From a virus (lineage: Duplodnaviria > Caudoviricetes), in IMG/VR virus record IMGVR_UViG_3300021399_000122, positions 32,001-96,000 of that record: DNA of 64,000 nucleotides; one strand, given 5' to 3'. The notes below the pieces were generated by a model. That model worked only from the letters and a program-made list of their open reading frames with translations, was not told the DNA's origin and did no database searches. The position numbers were made by a program, and so were the translations under genes. Of the stretch, positions 29,526 to 37,512 are shown piece after piece; the stretch's first letter is position 1; every line of letters starts with the position of its first letter.

Positions 29526-30773
29526 ATGGCAAATAAGTATTTAGATCCTAATAGCTTATCATATTTTTTAAATAAAATAAAAACATTTTTAGCCAACCAA
29601 GCCGTTGTGCATAAAACCAAATCCATCCCATTCGGTCAAGTTGATAGTACATCCACAGCCACCGTTTTTACAGCAACGGTTGATGGCATAACCGAATTGG
29701 CGGATGGTGTATGTGTGATGCTTAAGAATGGTGTGATAACCTCGGCATCTGGATGCACTCTTAATGTAAATAATTTAGGTGCAAAACCTATTTATCACAC
29801 GAATGGAGAAGAAAGTAGAGTTGGCACGTCTTTCAATGTAGCATACACGTGGTTATTTGTTTATAACAGCACTCGTGTTGATGGTGGATGTTGGGACGCA
29901 TATTGGGGATATAATTCTGATTCGAATGATACAACAACTGGATATGTACGAATTGCTTACGGTCAGTTTAAACCAACAACAAATTTATACCGTTATCAGG
30001 TATGTTTGACAAAAAACGAAGAAGAAATAATACCTGTTACTGAAGTATCAAATAACACTGGTACCGCAAAAGCACTGACAACAGAGTCATTTAACCCGTT
30101 CGCTCCAGTTTATTATTACTCTTCAACAGCAACCGTTACTGCTGGAACGCTTATAACTGCCTCTTATATTTGGTCGGCATACGCGAGAGTAAATATAAGG
30201 TATTCGTTTAATACTGGCGCCACTTTGACGGCAAATAAAGACGTTTATATTCGAGCAACATTAACAAATGGTATTGAGGCGAAACTTGCGGCCGATCCAA
30301 TTACACAGGAATTACCATCAAGCGATGATGGCTATATTTACATTAAACTTGGTCATTCATGTGACAATTATAGAGTTTCGTTGACATATGATCACCCAAT
30401 ATATATTTATAAAAACGGAGCAATTAGAACATTGTCCGGATATAGCGAGTATGCACAATATGTTAATGGGCACACCGTTAGCTCGGACGTTCCGGCGAAT
30501 GCCGTGTTCACAGATACAGTAACAACGGTCGCAGCAACAGGCACAGGTAATGCAGTCACAGACTTGTCCGCAACAAACGGAGCCATCACAGCAACATATG
30601 GTGCAACTTTCCTCACAGAACATCAGGATATTTCTGGGAAAATGGATATTCCTGCCGGCGGTAGTGCTGGACAGGTGTTGACTAAAACAGCAAATGGATA
30701 CGAATGGGAAGATCCAATTTTGCTTGATGCTTACGTTGCAGGTGAAGTGATCACATTTACAGATAATAGGTAG
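29526..30773 (+). CDS. Fibre-like structural protein
   Basis: TLNVNNLGAKPI, VPANAVFTDT, LTEHQDISGK, GQVLTKT motifs. Confidence 0.7.
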   Translation: MANKYLDPNSLSYFLNKIKTFLANQAVVHKTKSIPFGQVDSTSTATVFTATVDGITELADGVCVMLKNGVITSASGCTLNVNNLGAKPIYHTNGEESRVGTSFNVAYTWLFVYNSTRVDGGCWDAYWGYNSDSNDTTTGYVRIAYGQFKPTTNLYRYQVCLTKNEEEIIPVTEVSNNTGTAKALTTESFNPFAPVYYYSSTATVTAGTLITASYIWSAYARVNIRYSFNTGATLTANKDVYIRATLTNGIEAKLAADPITQELPSSDDGYIYIKLGHSCDNYRVSLTYDHPIYIYKNGAIRTLSGYSEYAQYVNGHTVSSDVPANAVFTDTVTTVAATGTGNAVTDLSATNGAITATYGATFLTEHQDISGKMDIPAGGSAGQVLTKTANGYEWEDPILLDAYVAGEVITFTDNR

Positions 30774-30817
30774 ACACAGTTTAACTGTGGAAATCAGAAC
30801 CGTCCACCCTACTGGGC

Positions 30818-30841
30818 GACCGTGATAGTCGGTCTTTTTTT
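30818..30841 (+). terminator. Rho-independent terminator
   Basis: GACCG-7nt-CGGTC followed by T7. Confidence 0.6.
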
Positions 30842-30909
30842 ATGGCAATACATATCGCTTGGCCAAGGTTAGCCGGCCATGCGGTAAACAGCTGAATATT
30901 TATACAAAC

Positions 30910-30936
30910 GGGAGCCACGCAAAGGCTCCCTTTTTT
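30910..30936 (+). terminator. Rho-independent terminator directly before the endolysin SD
   Basis: GGGAGCC-ACGCAAA-GGCTCCC followed by T6. Confidence 0.7.
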
Positions 30937-30954
30937 AATGGAAGGAGAACTATT

Positions 30955-31722
30955 ATGGCTAAATCATATGCCGCTTTTAAGAAGTCTCACCTTGGCCTGA
31001 AGATTGATCTTGATGGATTCCCCGTACAGCAGAAATTCCAGTGCTGGGATTTGGCAAACAAGTATTTTCTCTACATCGGCGGCCACAAGATTCATTGTGG
31101 CCAGACTGGTTATGTCAAGGACATTGCGAATCAGCGTTCCACAAATGGCATCCTGGATTTCTGCGTCGATATCGGCCTTAAGGCTGAGATGCAGCCGGGC
31201 GATATTGTAGTGTGGACAAACCGTTCACCTCACTGCCCGTATTCCCATATCGCCATTTATGACCATGACAACGGTCAGGAAGAAATCTATTTCTTAGGGC
31301 AGAATCAACCTTATCCGTATGTAACAGTCGCACGTATTCCTTGGCAGGGAATCATTGGTGTGTTCCGTCCGAAGATTTTCATGGATCAGACGCCGACACC
31401 GGCACCGGCAAAGCGTCCCGATCAGATCCTCACTGTTGGTTCAAAGGTCAAGAGCTGGGGCTTCTATATCGAGAAGATCGATTACATCCGCCAGTGGGGA
31501 TACAATAGCTGGGTTGGTGGTTGGTTCCCGCTGAAGGACGTTGACGAAGTTGACGCATTGGACGGCAAAAAGGATCAGATCGTGCATGTCGGATCCGGCT
31601 GCGCGTTCCCGAAGACCTACACCGTTACCGCCGTTGACGTCAAGAATGACCGTGCTTTCTTAAAAGAGCTTGGCTATTGGGTCAAGTGCCGCTGTCTTAA
31701 CGAGGTAGAAGAAGGCAACTAA
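30955..31722 (+). CDS. Endolysin (CHAP domain plus SH3-like C-terminus)
   Basis: QCWDL...QPGDIVVW...SHIAI...LGQNQ; Pro/Thr linker; SD AAGGAG. Confidence 0.85.
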   Translation: MAKSYAAFKKSHLGLKIDLDGFPVQQKFQCWDLANKYFLYIGGHKIHCGQTGYVKDIANQRSTNGILDFCVDIGLKAEMQPGDIVVWTNRSPHCPYSHIAIYDHDNGQEEIYFLGQNQPYPYVTVARIPWQGIIGVFRPKIFMDQTPTPAPAKRPDQILTVGSKVKSWGFYIEKIDYIRQWGYNSWVGGWFPLKDVDEVDALDGKKDQIVHVGSGCAFPKTYTVTAVDVKNDRAFLKELGYWVKCRCLNEVEEGN

Positions 31723-31821
31723 GGAAAATGGGGAGATTATTCTCCCCTTTCGTTAAAAGCAAGTTAATCCAAGATCTTTCGTACTACATTTTACGCGGTT
31801 GAATCGGACAGGAGGTTAAAC

Positions 31822-32061
31822 ATGATCGATTGGAAACGAAAGCTGTCCAGCCGTAAATTATGGCTGGCAATCGCCGGATTTGTATCCGGTCTGATGGTAT
31901 TCTTTGGCCGCACAGAATCAGAAGCTACTCAGGTCAGCGCTCTGATTATGTCTGCTGCATCCGTTATCTCTTATATTGTTTCGGAGGGACTCATCGACTC
32001 GGCGAATGCGGGGTTTGTATATCCTGAGGAGCCGACAGATGCCGACCGGAACGGAGATTGA
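31822..32061 (+). CDS. Holin
   Basis: WKRKLSSRKLWLA, two TM segments, YIVSEGLID. Confidence 0.8.
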   Translation: MIDWKRKLSSRKLWLAIAGFVSGLMVFFGRTESEATQVSALIMSAASVISYIVSEGLIDSANAGFVYPEEPTDADRNGD

Positions 32062-32419
32062 AATTGTCTGGTCGTTTCTTGGTAAGATCGCTGCGATTCT
32101 TGGTGTAATCGTTGCGGCTATCAAAGCGATCCAGTACTTGAACTCACTCACCCCTGCGGCGAAGTTAGAGCTTCGTGTTGCCGAGAATGAACGCAAGCTC
32201 AACAACGACTTCGAGCACCTCAAGGCGATCGACGAAAAGATTGCTCATCTGGAAAAGAAAACAGATGACACTCAGCTCCAGATCAAGGAAGTCAATGAAG
32301 GCATCCAGCGAATAGGCAAGTCTCAAATCTCTTTACTCCGTCATTTTGTCACCGGAAACGGCCAGAAAGAAATGTCGGAAGAGGCGGACGATTTAACTGC
32401 GTGGTTCATTGACAGATAA
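32039..32419 (+). CDS. Lysis-associated membrane protein (N-terminal TM plus coiled coil)
   Basis: SD GAGGAG 7 nt before ATG 32039; one TM then coiled coil; follows the holin. Confidence 0.7.
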   Translation: MPTGTEIEIVWSFLGKIAAILGVIVAAIKAIQYLNSLTPAAKLELRVAENERKLNNDFEHLKAIDEKIAHLEKKTDDTQLQIKEVNEGIQRIGKSQISLLRHFVTGNGQKEMSEEADDLTAWFIDR

Positions 32420-32442
32420 AAATTGAATAAAACTGCTCTTTT

Positions 32443-32480
32443 GTTGCGTATACAGCTGCTGCGTATACGCAACTTTTATT
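32443..32480 (+). terminator. Terminator of the lysis module
   Basis: GTTGCGTATAC / GTATACGCAAC 11-bp stem plus TTTTATT. Confidence 0.7.
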
Positions 32481-32553
32481 CCCGTGTAGCCTAACGGCAA
32501 GGCAAGCGACTTTGACTCGCTCGATGTGGGTTCGATTCCCGCCACGGGTGCCA
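32480..32553 (+). tRNA. tRNA-Gln (TTG)
   Basis: Cloverleaf: CCCGTG/CACGGG acceptor, GCC/GGC D arm, AGCGA-CTTTGAC-TCGCT anticodon arm, GTGGG-TTCGATT-CCCGC T arm, encoded CCA. Confidence 0.92.
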
Positions 32554-32557
32554 TAAA

Positions 32558-32668
32558 GGCCGGTGATCAAGCATTAAAAGATTGTAAGACAATAGCTGCC
32601 CAGTAAGCGGAACACGACATGTGCAACTCCGCGTGGGATTCGCGTGATTGAAACTGCACGCACGGCCA
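32558..32668 (+). ncRNA. Candidate small structured RNA downstream of tRNA-Gln
   Basis: GGCCG/CGGCC closing stem, GTGCA/TGCAC inner stem, followed by a strong terminator. Confidence 0.4.
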
Positions 32669-32669
32669 C

Positions 32670-32710
32670 AGACCCAAGCTCTCGCAGGTAGAGGCTTGGG
32701 TCTTTTTTTT
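32670..32710 (+). terminator. Rho-independent terminator
   Basis: AGACCCAAGC / GCTTGGGTCT stem plus T run. Confidence 0.8.
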
Positions 32711-32727
32711 GTTTAGGAGGAAAAGGA

Positions 32728-34143
32728 ATGAATGTACTTGTCGCATGCGAAGAATCCCAGAGAGTGTGCGTTGAATTTAGAAATTTGGGGCATCGAGCAT
32801 TTAGCGCTGACGTTCAGGAGTGTAGTGGAGGCCATCCTGAATGGCATATACTTGGAGATGTTTTGCCAATCCTTGATGGCAACTGCACATTCGTTACTCA
32901 AGACGGTGCCGAACATGAAATCTCTGGTGAGTGGGATCTCATTATCGCCCATCCTCCCTGCACATATCTGACTATTACCGGCAACAGGTGGTTCGATGCT
33001 GATGTGTACGGCGACGAGGCAATCGAACGCGCAAATAAGCGTGACGAAGCAGAAGAGTTCTTCATGAAGTTTGTCAATGCGAAGTGCAAGAGAATCGCTA
33101 TTGAGAATCCGATTGGCTTCATGAGTACACGATATCGTATGCCGGATCAAATCATCCAGCCATATGAGTTTGGAGATCCGGTGCTTAAGAAAACATGCCT
33201 TTGGCTGAAGAATCTTCCCAACTTAAAGCCAACTGATAATCTCCATCTGAAGTATGATGGTGACTTTAGTAAGAACCATGGCGACCTGTACTGTGCAAAA
33301 GATGAGAACGGAAAAATCCTTGCATGGAATGATCCGATGACGGCAAAGCTGCGTAGCAAGACGTTTATTGGGATTGCCAAAGCCATGGCAGAACAGTGGA
33401 GTTCCAGCCTCCCGCCACTCATCGACCCGTCTGAAATCACAAACGATAATTCTATGAATGTATTGGTTGCGTGTGAAGAATCGCAGGCGGTATGTATTGC
33501 CTTCAGACGTAAAGGCCACCGTGCATTCAGCTGCGATTTACGGACAAACAGTGGCGGGTACCCGGAGTGGCATATTAAAGGTGATGTCTTGCCATATTTG
33601 AATGGAAATTGCTCGTTCGAAACTGAGGATGGCGTTACCCATCATCAGGTTGGCAAATGGGATTTAATTATCGGGCATCCGCCTTGCACATATTTGACAA
33701 AGGGTGGCGCCGTTAGGCTCTTTCGAAAAGAAAAAAAGTATTATCCATCGTACGGTACATTCCAAATGGTTAATGTCGAGCGGCTCAAACAAGGAATTGT
33801 TAGTCGCGATTTTTTTATGCGGATTTTAAATGCGGATTGCGACAAAATCGTCGTTGAAAATCCCGTCCCAATGGGAATATACATGCTCCCTGAGCCAACG
33901 CAGATCATTGAGCCATATCAGTTTGGCGATCCATACAAAAAGCAAACATGTTTGTGGATCAAAGGATTGGAAAAGCTGCATCCCACAAATATCGTGGAGC
34001 CTACTATGTGTTGGGCAAGTGGAGGCTCCAAGAATGCAGACGGGACAAAGCGCAAGAGCAAGGCTTTGACAAGCCGAGTTGCTCAAGTAAGAAGTAAAAC
34101 CTTTTCTGGCATAGCGAGTGCTATGGCTGATCAATGGGGATAA
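32728..34143 (+). CDS. Tandem-duplicated DNA cytosine methyltransferase-like protein
   Basis: Two copies of VLVACEESQ...WDLII.HPPCTYL...(I/V)ENP...K.TCLW...RSKTF.GIA.AMA.QW; PC and ENP are C5-MTase motifs IV and VI. Confidence 0.75.
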   Translation: MNVLVACEESQRVCVEFRNLGHRAFSADVQECSGGHPEWHILGDVLPILDGNCTFVTQDGAEHEISGEWDLIIAHPPCTYLTITGNRWFDADVYGDEAIERANKRDEAEEFFMKFVNAKCKRIAIENPIGFMSTRYRMPDQIIQPYEFGDPVLKKTCLWLKNLPNLKPTDNLHLKYDGDFSKNHGDLYCAKDENGKILAWNDPMTAKLRSKTFIGIAKAMAEQWSSSLPPLIDPSEITNDNSMNVLVACEESQAVCIAFRRKGHRAFSCDLRTNSGGYPEWHIKGDVLPYLNGNCSFETEDGVTHHQVGKWDLIIGHPPCTYLTKGGAVRLFRKEKKYYPSYGTFQMVNVERLKQGIVSRDFFMRILNADCDKIVVENPVPMGIYMLPEPTQIIEPYQFGDPYKKQTCLWIKGLEKLHPTNIVEPTMCWASGGSKNADGTKRKSKALTSRVAQVRSKTFSGIASAMADQWG

Positions 34144-34148
34144 TAATA

Positions 34149-34187
34149 AAGGCAGATTGACTTTGATTGTCAGTCTGCCTTCTTTTT
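34149..34187. terminator. Bidirectional terminator where the two gene arms converge
   Basis: AAGGCAGATTGAC / GTCAGTCTGCCTT stem with T-rich tails on both strands. Confidence 0.75.
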
Positions 34188-34437
34188 ACCAGATGCTCCA
34201 CCAAAACTCAGAGCACTTCTTGTATCCACCATAGTTGGGAATCTCATCCATGCGGCGAAGCTTCCTATTACAGATCTGTTTGAACTCTCTGCTACGTCTC
34301 CCTCTGTAGACTCTATGCAGTCTTTCGTCTGTCCAGTGGTGGCATACGCCAGAGCAGATCCATCGCCTGTGGCTGAATACATCGCTATAAAGCTTGGCCA
34401 GCCTTCTTTTGTCTTCTTGCTTGCGCTGGTAACCCAC
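34186..34437 (-). CDS. Basic hypothetical protein
   Basis: SD GGAGGTGA upstream; K...NRKLRR...YKK..EFWW. Confidence 0.65.
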   Translation of the reverse strand: MGYQRKQEDKRRLAKLYSDVFSHRRWICSGVCHHWTDERLHRVYRGRRSREFKQICNRKLRRMDEIPNYGGYKKCSEFWWSIW

Positions 34438-34514
34438 AGTATCACCTCCCGTTAGAAGATGATCACCCCCTTTACTTGAAATAGTATTTTTATCGACCGC
34501 GATACTTTGTAGAT

Positions 34515-34895
34515 TTAGAGCCCCGAAGTTATGACGTGCACCTCGGCGTTGGAACGTTTGGCAATGTTTATCATGTTTGCTGTGCCTCTGCTCTTTCCAT
34601 CCCAGAAGGCGACGACTATTGCCTCCGCTCCGAGCGCATAATTCAACATCTGTCTGTTGCGGATCGGCCCTGCTGACTTTCCGTATTCATCCCAATAGGC
34701 CTCGAATACTGTCACACGAAGCCCCCTTGATTTTGCGTAGTCTTCAGCGATCCTATCTGCGCCACGGCACCCACCGGATATAATCTCCACATTTACAGGA
34801 TCTCCTAGAATGTTATCAAGAGTTGAATATAACAGCTCCCTATCATTAAAAGTCCTCGTCCCGCAGACAATTACTCTTCTTAAAATGGCAATCAC
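34515..34895 (-). CDS. SLOG family (DUF2493/YspA-like) protein
   Basis: VIVCGTRTF...ISGGCRGAD...SAGPIRNRQM...AFWDGKSRGTANM. Confidence 0.85.
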   Translation of the reverse strand: MIAILRRVIVCGTRTFNDRELLYSTLDNILGDPVNVEIISGGCRGADRIAEDYAKSRGLRVTVFEAYWDEYGKSAGPIRNRQMLNYALGAEAIVVAFWDGKSRGTANMINIAKRSNAEVHVITSGL

Positions 34896-34922
34896 ACTAC
34901 TCCTCGCCTTATTGTTTCCATA

Positions 34923-35126
34923 CTATTTACCCTTCCAATCCACTATAACCTTCCACTTATCGCACGGCTCATCCAGTTCTTGATCGTATACTGGGTAGTC
35001 TTCCCAATCTATTTCAATGCCACGAATCTCGCAGTAACAACAATCGGCGTGATATTTGTCACAGCTGTAACATGCGTCAAGGAGATCGCTTTCACTATAT
35101 GCTTTCATAGCCTTAATATAGCACAT
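34923..35126 (-). CDS. Small Cys-rich hypothetical protein
   Basis: CxxC...C...C..W pattern. Confidence 0.55.
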   Translation of the reverse strand: MCYIKAMKAYSESDLLDACYSCDKYHADCCYCEIRGIEIDWEDYPVYDQELDEPCDKWKVIVDWKGK

Positions 35127-35157
35127 TTAACTTTCCGGTAACTTGCAAGACTGTGAT

Positions 35158-35430
35158 TTAAAGTTTCCTTTCTTTTGCTCTCAGTTCTGCTCTGCGCTTC
35201 TGATCTTGTTCGTATAACAACTTTTTATACGCATACGCTTCACCGAGTAACACGCCCAATTCAAATTCCTTTGATTCATGTCCATCACGATAATACTCCA
35301 GTATTGAAGCAACATAGTTGATGTCCGCTTCCAGTTTGTAGATATTACCGATCAGATAATCCTCTGTGAAACTGCGCTGTCTTTCTTTGCGCTCAGAATA
35401 GAGAAGGTTAACATGTTCTTGTTCTGTCAT
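35158..35430 (-). CDS. Hypothetical protein, runs element to element
   Basis: ATG overlaps one element and TAA overlaps the next. Confidence 0.7.
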   Translation of the reverse strand: MTEQEHVNLLYSERKERQRSFTEDYLIGNIYKLEADINYVASILEYYRDGHESKEFELGVLLGEAYAYKKLLYEQDQKRRAELRAKERKL

Positions 35431-35454
35431 AATGTTTCCTTTTACTCTCTTTCA

Positions 35455-35634
35455 TCACCACGGAATTGACACATCGTATTCTTCAGCGAGTGCGCGATAA
35501 TCTTTCTGAAGTAACATGATTCTGCCTAGAGGAGTCACCACATGTGCGCCAAACAGTTTAGCAATAATACACTTTATTTTCTGTCTGAAGGTTTCCGCAA
35601 TGTCATATCTTGCGATAAATTCATAATCGTCCAT
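35455..35634 (-). CDS. Small hypothetical protein (MDDYEFIARY...)
   Basis: Translated by hand, 59 aa; TAATG coupling to an upstream 22-aa TM mini-ORF. Confidence 0.5.
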   Translation of the reverse strand: MDDYEFIARYDIAETFRQKIKCIIAKLFGAHVVTPLGRIMLLQKDYRALAEEYDVSIPW

Positions 35635-35698
35635 TAACAGCTACTCCTGCCTAGTATAAATCCGAGTATAATTCCTGCTATTGTGCCAAGAATGCAAA

Positions 35699-36097
35699 TC
35701 ATTGGTTGTCTCCTTTAACGTGCTTTCCGTAACCGCTTTGGCTTTGCAACGTTGTTACGGTCACTTCCCCATCGTAGATTGACACAAGATATTCGCCGTC
35801 TTTGTTGAAAGCAACATTCGTTGTCGATCCGTTCTTCTTGACTTCAAACGGAAGCAATCCGTCATTCGTGACGCTGATTTTATCGCCAACCTTAATAATC
35901 TGCTCTTTTGTGTATATAAATTCTGCCATATCGTCACCTAAAGTTTCCTTTTGCTCGGCTTTTGCCAATTTGTTCAACTCTCTGCGATTTGATGAGTTGT
36001 AAAACATGATCCGTTTGCATTTCCAATTTTTGCTTTTCAGTGCGGTCTTGATAACGTAAGCATTTACTTGCTTTCGTTTTTTGTTTTCGCTTGTCAT
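35699..36097 (-). CDS. Hypothetical protein; probable in-frame join of two units (internal start 35929)
   Basis: An element at 35939-35952 is followed by SD AGGTGA and an in-frame ATG (MAEFIY...). Confidence 0.55.
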   Translation of the reverse strand: MTSENKKRKQVNAYVIKTALKSKNWKCKRIMFYNSSNRRELNKLAKAEQKETLGDDMAEFIYTKEQIIKVGDKISVTNDGLLPFEVKKNGSTTNVAFNKDGEYLVSIYDGEVTVTTLQSQSGYGKHVKGDNQ

Positions 36098-36108
36098 AAA
36101 CTTCCCTT

Positions 36109-36222
36109 TTAGTCATCCCCTCCGAACCAACCAAACACAAACCAGACCACTATCCAAACTGCTATTATAAAAAGGAAAGACTCAGCATAGAGAGAACATA
36201 TATTTTTCGCGAAATCAATCAT
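36109..36222 (-). CDS. 37-aa single-TM mini-protein
   Basis: MIDFAKNICSLYAESFLFIIAVWIVVWFVFGWFGGDD*; start and stop each overlap a boundary element. Confidence 0.6.
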   Translation of the reverse strand: MIDFAKNICSLYAESFLFIIAVWIVVWFVFGWFGGDD

Positions 36223-36237
36223 AAAGTTTCCTTTTGT

Positions 36238-36390
36238 TCACCTTTTATTCAATGAATTGATTCTAATTTCTGCCATGACTGCCCACAGCAGAAAGTAGCA
36301 AGGCTTTGTCCAATCCTGCAACGCCACATAAATAAGCGATGCTGTAATGCAAGTGATGCAGAATACGCTCAGACACTGTTTGTTGTTCAT
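36238..36390 (-). CDS. 50-aa membrane mini-protein
   Basis: MNNKQCLSVFCITCITASLIYVAL...; SD GAGGA; ends 2 nt before an element. Confidence 0.55.
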   Translation of the reverse strand: MNNKQCLSVFCITCITASLIYVALQDWTKPCYFLLWAVMAEIRINSLNKR

Positions 36391-36415
36391 TCCTCTTTTT
36401 CCTTTCCGTATTCCT

Positions 36416-36685
36416 TTAACGATCTGATTTCACCTGTTCTTTATAGGCTTCATACATCTGACCGATTACAGATATGTCGTGAATACTCATGTCGTCTCGC
36501 TGAATGTATTCACGCATGAAGTCGACTGGTACAGCTTCCTTAGCCGGTGCAGAATATATCATTTCCTCTACCTTAATAACACCGTTCATCCAGTCTTCAC
36601 CCTCATGCTGATAACTTGGTTCATCTTGTATCTTTTGAACCTTTTCAAGCAACGCTTCCTTCTCAATTAATTCAGTCATTTTCAT
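36416..36685 (-). CDS. Hypothetical protein, LIDAD-like family
   Basis: ELIEKEALL...APAKEAVPV; SD AAGGAG. Confidence 0.7.
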   Translation of the reverse strand: MKMTELIEKEALLEKVQKIQDEPSYQHEGEDWMNGVIKVEEMIYSAPAKEAVPVDFMREYIQRDDMSIHDISVIGQMYEAYKEQVKSDR

Positions 36686-36708
36686 TCTCCTTCCTGTATT
36701 CCTTTATC

Positions 36709-36939
36709 CTACCACACAGTCCATATCGCATACGCCCCCATGGCGATTCCAATGCATATGAGTATAACAAATGCTACAAAACATACGAGCCCCGCTATAT
36801 CCACGATTTTTTCAATAATCTTTCCAGTTTTGCCAATGCCAGTTGTTACATCGAGTACCGAAAGCACCGTGCAAATTAAAACGAAAGTGAGCAAGATTTT
36901 CACAATAAATTTGCCTATAGCTATAGCATTAATACTCAT
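36709..36939 (-). CDS. Two-TM membrane protein
   Basis: Two hydrophobic helices; ATGA coupling upstream. Confidence 0.65.
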   Translation of the reverse strand: MSINAIAIGKFIVKILLTFVLICTVLSVLDVTTGIGKTGKIIEKIVDIAGLVCFVAFVILICIGIAMGAYAIWTVW

Positions 36940-37237
36940 TTGTTTTGATCCTTTCGTAATTCTTTTTTATTACCGTTGTGTGACCTTTTATTCTCAAAAT
37001 ACCACCGTATCGATCTGTGGATCAGAATGCCAGTGATGTTACCGAGAATTACTGCAAGATAGTATTTCCAGCCCATAATCATCTCCTTTAAACTTTAACG
37101 GTTCGCTGAACGTGCGTAATGCTAAGAAGTTCGGAATCATGGTCAATCAGTTTGACAAGAGTATCAAGCGTAATGCTGTCATCGTACTGTTCCATGCTTT
37201 TGTCTGCATAAATTACGATCCACATATATCCTCCTTT

Positions 37238-37507
37238 TCATCTCACTTCCAACGTTCCAAGTGTGCAGTGACAAATGCCATTTCCTCCGTTGCTCGGGTG
37301 ATTTGCACAGTATCGGCATGGTGTTGAAAGTGTGGGGACTTCATGATTGAATTTCTCCATCGAAGATTGCCTCCTCTCATTGGTTTTCTCTTCAAAGCAG
37401 TCATGAACTTCTCGTCCATCAACCTCGATTCCGAATTTCTTGCACAAATCGTAATACCATCGAAAGTGAATACAGTTATCGCAGTTTCTTTCGTGAGTAA
37501 TAGTCAT
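37238..37507 (-). CDS. Cys-rich hypothetical protein
   Basis: NCDNC...C...C and PCRYCANHPSNGGNGICHC motifs. Confidence 0.65.
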   Translation of the reverse strand: MTITHERNCDNCIHFRWYYDLCKKFGIEVDGREVHDCFEEKTNERRQSSMEKFNHEVPTLSTPCRYCANHPSNGGNGICHCTLGTLEVR

Positions 37508-37512
37508 CCGCT

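Larger units (their letters stand above)
35153..36235 (-). repeat. Five gene-boundary elements (G/A)AAA-GG(A/G)AA(C/G)-(T/A)TTA
   Basis: Minus-strand copies at 35159-35172, 35430-35443, 35939-35952, 36097-36110 and 36222-36235. Confidence 0.75.

Noticed and set aside
30883-30930. c-di-GMP-I riboswitch-like words GGTAAAC...ACGCAAAG
   Set aside because: No P2 stem with GNRA loop; GCAAA is simply the terminator loop.
32621-32654. CRISPR array
   Set aside because: Single repeat-like unit with no second copy or cas genes; kept only as a speculative solitary repeat.
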